Virus record (IMG/VR): IMGVR_UViG_3300017917_002228
Location: 32,001-96,000 of that record
DNA from: a virus
Length of the DNA stretch: 64,000 nt
Reading direction: 5' to 3' (one strand)
Part shown: piece by piece, positions 1-6,927 of the stretch
Position numbering within the stretch: the first letter of the stretch is position 1
How the letters are laid out: each line of letters begins with the position of its first letter
Made by a program: the position numbers and the translations under genes
The notes under the pieces: generated by a model
Told to the model about the DNA's origin: nothing
The model's database searches: none
Seen by the model: only the letters and a program-made list of their open reading frames with translations

Positions 1-1
1 T

Positions 2-34
2 AAAGTTCTTGAGCCCGTTGCAACAGCAGCGTAA
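2..34 (+). other. 3' end of a reading frame (KVLEPVATAA*): C-terminus of an upstream CDS or a tmRNA tag frame
   Basis: Open frame 2-34 ends GCA GCG TAA and is followed by a hairpin; 5' part lies outside the window. Confidence 0.4.
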
Positions 35-136
35 AGCAGCTATATATGGAGACAGCTTTGGCTGTCTCTTCACGGGTGCATCAGGGTTGACCACCACAAC
101 CTCCTTGACCTTGGTGCATCTCTGTAGAGACAGTTC

Positions 137-212
137 GGGTGATTAGCTCAGTGGTAGTAGCGTCTGCTTTACACGCAGAATGTCGGGAGTTCGACCCTCT
201 CATCACCCACCA
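137..212 (+). tRNA. tRNA-Val(TAC)
   Basis: Cloverleaf; acceptor GGGTGAT/ATCACCC, anticodon TAC, encoded CCA. Confidence 0.95.
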
Positions 213-277
213 TCTAGAAGCAACATGTTTGTCCGAGTGTTGTGGATTTACGCTGTTAAATGGTACAGCATCGGACT

Positions 278-399
278 CCATTATAACTGATGAACACTAG
301 GCTATCATACCGATTCACCGAAATCGTGACAACAGGCAAAGGTGGCGGGTACCACCGATGCAGGATGGGAAACCCTCTAGTGTTCTTCTGTTATAATGG
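278..399 (+). ncRNA. candidate structured ncRNA between tRNAs
   Basis: Closing stems CCATTATAAC/GTTATAATGG and GAACACTAG/CTAGTGTTC enclose three short hairpins; no ORF. Confidence 0.5.
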
Positions 400-482
400 G
401 AAAGTGTCCCGAGCGGCAAAGGGGGAGGACTGTAAATCCTTTGGCTAAGCCTTCGTAGGTTCGAGTCCTACCTTTCCCACCA
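398..482 (+). tRNA. tRNA-Tyr(GTA)
   Basis: Cloverleaf with variable arm, anticodon GTA, CCA. Confidence 0.95.
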
Positions 483-483
483 T

Positions 484-559
484 TGGAGTATAGCTCAGTT
501 GGTAGAGCAAACGCTTGATAAGCGTTAGGTCACTGGTTCGAGCCCAGTTACTCCAACCA
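484..559 (+). tRNA. tRNA-Ile(GAT)
   Basis: Cloverleaf, AACGC-TT GAT AA-GCGTT, CCA. Confidence 0.95.
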
Positions 560-565
560 AAATAT

Positions 566-642
566 GGTTCGGTAGCTCAACTGAATAGAGCATCGGAATA
601 CGACTCCGAAGGTTGAGGGTTTGAATCCTTCCCGAACCTCCA
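566..642 (+). tRNA. tRNA-Arg(ACG)
   Basis: Cloverleaf, TCGGA-AT ACG AC-TCCGA, CCA; T-loop reads TTTGAAT. Confidence 0.85.
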
Positions 643-647
643 TATAT

Positions 648-739
648 GGGCGTGGGTGTTGGTACACAGGGAGAGCTTATACCTCTTCTAGCGGCAGATT
701 ACCGTTCTCGACAGGGTTCGAATCCTTGCACGCCCACCA
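648..739 (+). tRNA. atypical tRNA-Ile(TAT) with long variable arm
   Basis: Acceptor GGGCGTG/CACGCCC, tiny D arm, loop CTTATAC, long V arm, T arm CAGGG-TTCGAAT-CCTTG, ACCA. Confidence 0.75.
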
Positions 740-745
740 TACTAT

Positions 746-819
746 GCTGTCTTGGTGTAAAGGTAGCACACGAGTTTGTGGCACTCGTAGCACTGGATCG
801 TTACCAGTAGACAGTACCA
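746..819 (+). tRNA. tRNA-His(GTG), no G-1, A73
   Basis: Cloverleaf, CGAGT-TT GTG GC-ACTCG, ends ACCA. Confidence 0.9.
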
Positions 820-824
820 TAGGT

Positions 825-983
825 GTACCGTAAGACACAACGCTACTGAAGTGACTGGTCATCACGGGTAGGGTAGCTGGAAGACTTACGCTCTCTGGTG
901 TTGGAAATTGACCGCCAACATTCGTAAGTTAGAGAGGCGCTGTAGCCGAGCAGCAGGCAACCGTAGGAGATACGGATCGGTAC
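825..983 (+). ncRNA. candidate pseudoknotted ncRNA
   Basis: Closing stem GTACCG/CGGTAC, four internal helices, CTCTCT/AGAGAG pseudoknot; lies between tRNA-His and tRNA-Asp. Confidence 0.55.
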
Positions 984-998
984 TAATTAGTCCTTACA

Positions 999-1050
999 CT
1001 CATTGGGACTTTAATGTTTATGTGTATGTTATACACAGAGTCCCAATGAG
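999..1050. repeat. 12-bp perfect inverted repeat with inner hairpin
   Basis: CTCATTGGGACT ... AGTCCCAATGAG. Confidence 0.8.
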
Positions 1051-1062
1051 CATAATGATTTT

Positions 1063-1139
1063 GGCCTGGTAGTTCAGTTGGTTAGAGCACTAGCCTGTCA
1101 CGCTAGAAGTCGCCGGTTCGAGCCCGGTCCAGGTCGCCA
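1063..1139 (+). tRNA. tRNA-Asp(GTC)
   Basis: Canonical cloverleaf, GCCA end. Confidence 0.95.
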
Positions 1140-1184
1140 TTATTATCTGTATAGCGTATAATATGTGAGTGAAAGGAACACACT

Positions 1185-1361
1185 ATGTATGAACCTCATT
1201 TTATCTATACAGTAAAGGTTTCCAAGGGCAAGCTTGTGCTCTTGAACAAGAAGTTCGATAGCTATATCCAAGCTATGGACTATTGTGACTTTGTAGAAGA
1301 TCGTTACGGTAAGAAACTGTTTAAGATCGAGTTTACTACAAAGCGCAAGAAAGTTGCCTAA
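1185..1361 (+). CDS. small hypothetical protein (58 aa, not in ORF track)
   Basis: AAAGGAA RBS, ATG 1185, MYEPHFIYTVKV...KRKKVA*. Confidence 0.7.
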   Translation: MYEPHFIYTVKVSKGKLVLLNKKFDSYIQAMDYCDFVEDRYGKKLFKIEFTTKRKKVA

Positions 1362-1382
1362 TTTTAGTAGGTATACTACTAT
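1354..1382 (+). promoter_or_regulatory. sigma70-type early promoter
   Basis: TTGCCT-N17-TACTAT; same pattern recurs across the window. Confidence 0.55.
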
Positions 1383-1428
1383 TAGGTGTGAAATAATTCA
1401 CAATCTTAACAATGAAAAGGTGATATAC

Positions 1429-1695
1429 ATGACTAACGAAACTCAGACTACTCGCGTTCTTGAAGCTTTCATGAACGGTGACAACCTCACTTCTAAGCAG
1501 ATTTCTGCTCGTTTCAATATTGCTAATCCTCGCGCAGTTGTCCATCAGCTTCGTGAACAGGGTTATGCAATCTATCTCAACAAGCATCGCGATACGAAGG
1601 GCCGTGAGACGATGAAGTATCGTCTTGGTACTCCTTCGCGTAAGCTTATTGCCGCTGGCTATGCTGCACTCGGTGCAGAAGGCTTCAGCCGCTAA
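1429..1695 (+). CDS. winged helix-turn-helix DNA-binding protein
   Basis: LTSKQISARFNIANPRAVVHQLREQGY HTH pattern; RBS AAGGTG before ATG 1429. Confidence 0.7.
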   Translation: MTNETQTTRVLEAFMNGDNLTSKQISARFNIANPRAVVHQLREQGYAIYLNKHRDTKGRETMKYRLGTPSRKLIAAGYAALGAEGFSR

Positions 1696-1834
1696 GCTAT
1701 ATACTGGAGAGCCTTCGGGCTCTCCTTTCACGGATACACTACGGCCCACAGTGCGGACCTATGTAAGGGGTGTGAATGTGAAAATAAACCGTAATAATAT
1801 CACCAGTATAGTGTATCCTTGTAAGGAGAGTACG

Positions 1835-2212
1835 ATGATTAAAGCAATTCTTCTAGCTACAGGTATTATAGCATTTGCTTCTACAGTAGCGGAAGCTCAG
1901 CAACGTCAATATAACCGAGGTGGTTATTCACAAAACTACCGCGGTGGTAATTATTATCGTAATAATGGAAACCGTTATGTCCAAAATAACTTTTACGGTA
2001 ATCGCGGCTATTATGGTGGTGGTAACGGTGCTGCTTGGGCTGCTGGCATTGGAGGTTTAGCAGTAGGAGCTATTTTAGGTAGCGCATTATCTCAACCAAC
2101 ATATGCATATCCAGCTCCTGTTTACCCAGTAGCGCCTGTTGCTACTTCTTGTTTTAGACAGTATGTAACACTAGCTAATGGTCAAACAATTTTAGCTACT
2201 GTGTGTCCTTAA
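1835..2212 (+). CDS. secreted Gly/Tyr/Asn-rich protein with glycine zipper
   Basis: RBS AAGGAG, signal peptide MIKAILLATGIIAFASTVAEA, GIGGLAVGAILGSAL, Pro-rich tail with two Cys. Confidence 0.75.
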   Translation: MIKAILLATGIIAFASTVAEAQQRQYNRGGYSQNYRGGNYYRNNGNRYVQNNFYGNRGYYGGGNGAAWAAGIGGLAVGAILGSALSQPTYAYPAPVYPVAPVATSCFRQYVTLANGQTILATVCP

Positions 2213-2230
2213 TTTAAATTACATTGAGTA

Positions 2231-2256
2231 AAGGCCGGCTTATGCCGGCTTTTTTT
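2231..2256 (+). terminator. intrinsic terminator
   Basis: GGCCGGC-TTAT-GCCGGCT followed by T tract. Confidence 0.85.
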
Positions 2257-2259
2257 ATG

Positions 2260-2267
2260 GATAAATA
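2260..2267 (+). promoter_or_regulatory. T4-type late promoter-like site
   Basis: GATAAATA upstream of gp3. Confidence 0.5.
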
Positions 2268-2297
2268 CCTTATATGGTATTATTATAAGAGATCAGA

Positions 2298-2819
2298 ATG
2301 CCTATACTGCACAATCAACCAGACAATATTAACTTCTTATCTCCATTAGGATTTAAGTTTACGCTCACGCGTGCTCCTAACTTGAACTTTTTTGCAACAG
2401 ATGTTAATATACCATCTATCACTTTAGGTTTCATTGAATTGCCTACACCGTTCAAAATCATTGAACTACCTGGTGATAAGCTTGACTTTGGTGATCTCAT
2501 GGTTACATTTAGAGTAGATGAAGACTTTGCTAATTACTTTGAAATATATAACTGGATTAGAGCACTAGGTTTTCCTGATGAGTTTGGTCAGTATAAAAAG
2601 ATAAGAGATTCTAATCCTGGTGAAAAGGATACTATCTATTCCGATGCTACTCTTACCGTTATGAATAGTGCAATGATACCTAATATTGAAGTACGCTTTC
2701 AGGATCTGTTTCCAGTATCTATTAGTGATATAAACTTTACTGCAACAGATACATCAGTTAACTATGTAACTAATACAGCATCGTTTAAGTTTAAAAAATT
2801 TGACGTCGTGAAAATCTAA
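2298..2819 (+). CDS. gp3: tail completion / tail tube terminator protein (T4 gp3-like)
   Basis: NFLSPLGFKF...PGDKLDFGDL..FRVDED motifs; synteny gp3-uvsY-uvsW. Confidence 0.8.
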   Translation: MPILHNQPDNINFLSPLGFKFTLTRAPNLNFFATDVNIPSITLGFIELPTPFKIIELPGDKLDFGDLMVTFRVDEDFANYFEIYNWIRALGFPDEFGQYKKIRDSNPGEKDTIYSDATLTVMNSAMIPNIEVRFQDLFPVSISDINFTATDTSVNYVTNTASFKFKKFDVVKI

Positions 2820-2836
2820 CCTTAAAAGGTTTTGTT

Positions 2837-3271
2837 ATGAAGCTTGATGAAATCCATGCATTGTGGGATGAAGACTGTAATATTGACCGTACTGAACTTG
2901 GTGAAGAGTCTCTTCGCATACCTAAGCTACATAGTAAGTATTTGCAAATTTATTCCACAGAGCGCTTACAGTTACGTAGACTAGAAGAAGAACGTAAAGA
3001 GCTAGTAAAGCTTAAACATGATTATTATCGCGGCGTGTTGCCGGAAGAGGATTTAAAAGCAAATGGTTGGACGCCTTTTCAGTTATCTGTACTCAAGTCC
3101 GATGTACCGCTCTACCTTGATGCAGACCAGGATCTCATCAAACTCAATCTTAAAATTTCTGTTCAACAGGAAAAAGTAGATACATTGGAAGCGATTGTTC
3201 GTTCTATCAGTAATCGAGGTTACTTGATAAAGAATGCAATCGAGTATGAAAAGTTTAAAGTTGGCGCGTGA
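2837..3271 (+). CDS. uvsY: recombination mediator UvsY
   Basis: IPKLHSKYL, IKNAIE motifs; synteny. Confidence 0.9.
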   Translation: MKLDEIHALWDEDCNIDRTELGEESLRIPKLHSKYLQIYSTERLQLRRLEEERKELVKLKHDYYRGVLPEEDLKANGWTPFQLSVLKSDVPLYLDADQDLIKLNLKISVQQEKVDTLEAIVRSISNRGYLIKNAIEYEKFKVGA

Positions 3272-4694
3272 TATAGTTCATCTCAGAAAAATTAATGAAG
3301 TATTCTTACAGGTACAAGCAGAGCCTTCCATACTGCAAGAGCTATCCGACCAGCTGACATTCTTAGTACCAGGCGCAAAATTTATGCCTGCAGTACGAAA
3401 CAAATATTGGGATGGTAAAATAAGACTCCTGAATACTATGACAGGATTGACTTATGTTGGTCTTGTTCATTTTATTCGGGAGTTTTGTTATCAGCGTAAC
3501 TATCAGTTATCGTTAGATGATAACTTAGTTATTGCAACAGATGATACTCCTCCTAAGCTACCAAAAAGTCTTACAAAAGAACCTCGTGATTATCAGCTTG
3601 CTGCTCTTAAGAAAGCTGTTGATGCTACCAGAGGTATTTTTCTTTCACCTACTGCATCAGGTAAGAGTCTTATCATTTATCTCATCTCATGCTTTTATAA
3701 AAAGAAAACTCTTATCATAGTACCAACTGTATCACTTGTGATGCAGATGAAAAAAGACTTTGAGGATTATGCAGGTAAAGCTCTAGACATTTACTGCATT
3801 ACAGCTGGTGTCGATAAAGTATCAGACAGCCCTATTGTAATTAGTACATGGCAGTCTATCTACAAAATGCCAAAGAACTGGTTCAAACAGTTCGATGTAG
3901 TCATAGGCGATGAAGTGCATATCTTTAAAGCAACGTCGCTCAAGTCTATTATGGAAAAGCTCGAAGACTGTAAGTATCGTTTTGGATTTACAGGTACACT
4001 AGATGGTTCACTGACTAATAGAGTGACGCTCGAAGGACTATTTGGACCGGTACAACAAGTTACAACTACTTCTGAGCTCATGGAACAGAATCATGTTGCC
4101 ACTTTGAAAATAAAAGCTATAATACTACAGTACAATCAAGATATAAGAAAACAAGCTAAAGACTTTACGTACCAAGATGAGATTGACTTCCTTGTTAGAT
4201 ATGAACCTCGTAACAAATTTATCCGTAATCTTGCTCTTAATCTTAACGGTAATACATTGGTTTTATTTCAATACGTAGAAAAGCATGGTAAGCTACTCTA
4301 TGATATGATGAGAGATAAAGATGAAAAGCGTAAAATACTTTTTATTCATGGTGGTGTAGATGCAGAAGATAGAGAGTCAGTCAGAGCAATTGTTGAGAAA
4401 GAAAATGACGCAATTATTATTGCCTCTTATGGTACTTTCTCCACAGGTATTAACATACGTAATTTACATAATGTTGTGTTTAGTTCTCCAACTAAAAGTC
4501 GCGTAAGAACTTTACAGTCTATTGGACGTGGTCTAAGAATATCAGAAACAAAAGATGCAGTAACAGTATACGATATTGCTGACGATCTCAAATATAAAAC
4601 GCGTATGAACTTTACACTACAGCATTTTGCTGAGAGACTAAATATCTACAATAGCGAGAATTTTGAATACAAGATTCATAATACGGAGATTTAG
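3234..4694 (+). CDS. uvsW: SF2 DNA helicase UvsW (start may be TTG 3261)
   Basis: WDGKIRL, SPTASGKS, DEVH, LQSIGRGLR. Confidence 0.95.
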   Translation: MQSSMKSLKLARDIVHLRKINEVFLQVQAEPSILQELSDQLTFLVPGAKFMPAVRNKYWDGKIRLLNTMTGLTYVGLVHFIREFCYQRNYQLSLDDNLVIATDDTPPKLPKSLTKEPRDYQLAALKKAVDATRGIFLSPTASGKSLIIYLISCFYKKKTLIIVPTVSLVMQMKKDFEDYAGKALDIYCITAGVDKVSDSPIVISTWQSIYKMPKNWFKQFDVVIGDEVHIFKATSLKSIMEKLEDCKYRFGFTGTLDGSLTNRVTLEGLFGPVQQVTTTSELMEQNHVATLKIKAIILQYNQDIRKQAKDFTYQDEIDFLVRYEPRNKFIRNLALNLNGNTLVLFQYVEKHGKLLYDMMRDKDEKRKILFIHGGVDAEDRESVRAIVEKENDAIIIASYGTFSTGINIRNLHNVVFSSPTKSRVRTLQSIGRGLRISETKDAVTVYDIADDLKYKTRMNFTLQHFAERLNIYNSENFEYKIHNTEI

Positions 4695-4695
4695 T

Positions 4696-5061
4696 ATGAG
4701 CAACGTTGTTATGATATCTGTAAATTCAAGCTACCCGGTCATCGGTAAAAAAATAGAAGAGGATGATTTTATTATTATCCTCGAATATCCTATTTCTATT
4801 TTTAAAGATAATCCAAACGTATATACAACACAATATATGCCTTTCGCTGACGGTGGTCTAGTATCTTTCTTTAAAAATAATATTATCAGTGTAGCTAACG
4901 TTCAAGAAAATATTGAGAAGTACTACCAAAAAGCTGTTGATTATTATAAAACAACTAAACCAGTTACGTATGAGATGCATAACGGTGATGAACCAGAAGA
5001 TGAAGCTACAGCAGAATTAATAGAGTCAGTAATATCAAAACTAACTAAAACTCTACATTAG
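4696..5061 (+). CDS. conserved hypothetical protein between uvsW and gp55
   Basis: RBS GGAG; position conserved in T4-like phages. Confidence 0.7.
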   Translation: MSNVVMISVNSSYPVIGKKIEEDDFIIILEYPISIFKDNPNVYTTQYMPFADGGLVSFFKNNIISVANVQENIEKYYQKAVDYYKTTKPVTYEMHNGDEPEDEATAELIESVISKLTKTLH

Positions 5062-5124
5062 TGCTTGCAATTATTCTAATAACATATTAGTATTATAATT
5101 ATATTTCGCATTTAGGTAATTGTA

Positions 5125-5679
5125 ATGAGCACTAAAACTGGTAAACACTATATCGATAATAAAAAATTCTATACTGCTATAATTCATCATAAGCAGGCAG
5201 TAGAAGCTGCACGTGCAGCTGGTAAAGAAGAGCCTCGCATCCCAGCTTATATTGGTGAATGTCTTTTTAAAATTGCTACACGCCTATCTCTTAAACCAAA
5301 CTTTATTAGTTATACGTTTAGAGACGAGATGATATCAGACGGACTAGAAAACTGTATCAACTATCTTAATAATTTTGATCCAGAAAAGTCTGATAATCCT
5401 TTTGCCTACTTCACACAAATTATCTGGTTTGCTTTCTTACGTCGAATAGACAAAGAGAAAAAACATCTCTATGTTAAACAAAAGACGTTGGAAAATTTTT
5501 ATTTTGAAGGTATACTAGCAGAACAAGCTTTTGATGATGAAAAGAGTGTATCGGTCAATCTAGATAACGAGTATATGAAAAATCTAGTTGAATCTTACGA
5601 TAAGAAGCAAGCAGAGAAACAAAGAAAGAATAAAGCAAAAAAAGTTGGAGTGGAGAAGTTCTACGATGAACAAGAATAG
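5125..5679 (+). CDS. gp55: late transcription sigma factor
   Basis: HYIDNKKF, YIGECL..IA, EMISDG.EN, NPFAYFTQI. Confidence 0.95.
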   Translation: MSTKTGKHYIDNKKFYTAIIHHKQAVEAARAAGKEEPRIPAYIGECLFKIATRLSLKPNFISYTFRDEMISDGLENCINYLNNFDPEKSDNPFAYFTQIIWFAFLRRIDKEKKHLYVKQKTLENFYFEGILAEQAFDDEKSVSVNLDNEYMKNLVESYDKKQAEKQRKNKAKKVGVEKFYDEQE

Positions 5680-5860
5680 AATGCATATGATTCCCCAAGT
5701 TATTATTGACTGCGCTGAGAACTTTGTTAATACAAAGAATGAAAATTCGCGTGTTGCTTACGAGACTAGACTTATTGCTATTAAAGAGTATTGTGACTTT
5801 ATGCTTAAGCAACGTTCTAGCATTACTGATACATTTGGTAATAAGAGAAGCCGTAAATGA
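5666..5860 (+). CDS. hypothetical protein
   Basis: Fills the gap between gp55 and gp47 with overlapping start/stop. Confidence 0.6.
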   Translation: MNKNRMHMIPQVIIDCAENFVNTKNENSRVAYETRLIAIKEYCDFMLKQRSSITDTFGNKRSRK

Positions 5861-6921
5861 AAATTGCACTCATTACTGATACGCACTGGGGAGTCCGAAA
5901 CGACTCTCCGGTGATGCATAATTATATGAAAAGGTTTCTGGATAATGTCTTCTTTCCTCAATTGGATGCTAATGATGTGGAGTATATTATCCATCTTGGT
6001 GATTTGGTTGATCGCCGTAAGTTCATTAATTATAGCACTGCGTCACGTCTTCGAAAAGATTTTTTAGATCCAATTGCTCATTCAGGAAGACATTTATACA
6101 TTATTGCTGGTAATCACGACACATATTATAAAAACACAAATGAGCTCAACTCTCTTCGTGAAATATTGTGGGGCTACAATAATGTTTTTATATATGATAA
6201 TGAACCTGATATTATTGAATTTGATGATTTAAAAATTCTTATGCTTCCTTGGATATGCGCAGAAAATAAAGACATATGCATGAAAGCAATTGAGAAAACT
6301 GATGCTCCTATTTTAATGGGTCATCTTGAACTTAACGGCTTTGAGATGTATAGAGGACATATTAATGACCATGGTGACGATCCGAAACTATTTGATAAGT
6401 TCGATATTGTCTGTTCTGGCCACTACCACACTCGCAGTAATAATGGTAACATTTATTATCTTGGGACTCCTTGCGAGTACACTTGGTCTGATTACAACGA
6501 CCCTAAAGGCTTTCATATCTTGGATACTGAGACCAGACAGTTACAGTTTATTCCTAATCCTGATACTCTTTTTGTTAAGCATCATTATGATGACTTAAAT
6601 AAAGAGATGGATGATGTGCTTTTATTCGACGATAAAGACTTTAAGGGTAAATACGTTAAGGTTATTATCCGAAACAAGACTAATCCGTATTGGTTCGATA
6701 CTGTAATTGATCGTATGGAAAAGATTGGTGTAGCTGATCTACAAGTAGTTGAAGATCACTTCCATCTCGATCTTGAAGAAGATTCTGATATTGTAAACGA
6801 AGCAGAAGATACTATGACTATTCTTCGTAAGTTTATTACAGGTCTTCAGTTTAATACGGATAAGAAAAGAGTTGAAAACATTATTCAAAACCTCTATATT
6901 GAAGCACAGGCCATTGAGTAA
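5857..6921 (+). CDS. gp47: recombination endonuclease subunit (Mre11/SbcD-like)
   Basis: DTHWG, GDLVDRRK, GNHD, SGHYH metallophosphoesterase motifs. Confidence 0.95.
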   Translation: MKIALITDTHWGVRNDSPVMHNYMKRFLDNVFFPQLDANDVEYIIHLGDLVDRRKFINYSTASRLRKDFLDPIAHSGRHLYIIAGNHDTYYKNTNELNSLREILWGYNNVFIYDNEPDIIEFDDLKILMLPWICAENKDICMKAIEKTDAPILMGHLELNGFEMYRGHINDHGDDPKLFDKFDIVCSGHYHTRSNNGNIYYLGTPCEYTWSDYNDPKGFHILDTETRQLQFIPNPDTLFVKHHYDDLNKEMDDVLLFDDKDFKGKYVKVIIRNKTNPYWFDTVIDRMEKIGVADLQVVEDHFHLDLEEDSDIVNEAEDTMTILRKFITGLQFNTDKKRVENIIQNLYIEAQAIE

Positions 6922-6927
6922 TATTGC

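Noticed and set aside
330-376. c-di-GMP-I riboswitch
   Set aside because: Only the GCAAA/GATGC internal loop matches; no GNRA loop, receptor helix or downstream CDS
287-390. Hammerhead ribozyme suggested by CTGATGA
   Set aside because: The stem after CTGATGA is followed by TCTTCT, not the required GAAA
81-865. ORF-track entries 81-281, 621-833 and 677-865 (also 36868-37098, 46056-46256)
   Set aside because: They overlap tRNA genes and are shadows of structured RNA
1625-1834. N-terminal extensions of ORFs 1625-2212, 37488-38303 and 46138-46452
   Set aside because: They run through upstream genes or tRNAs; better starts with RBS exist at 1835, 37602 and 46231
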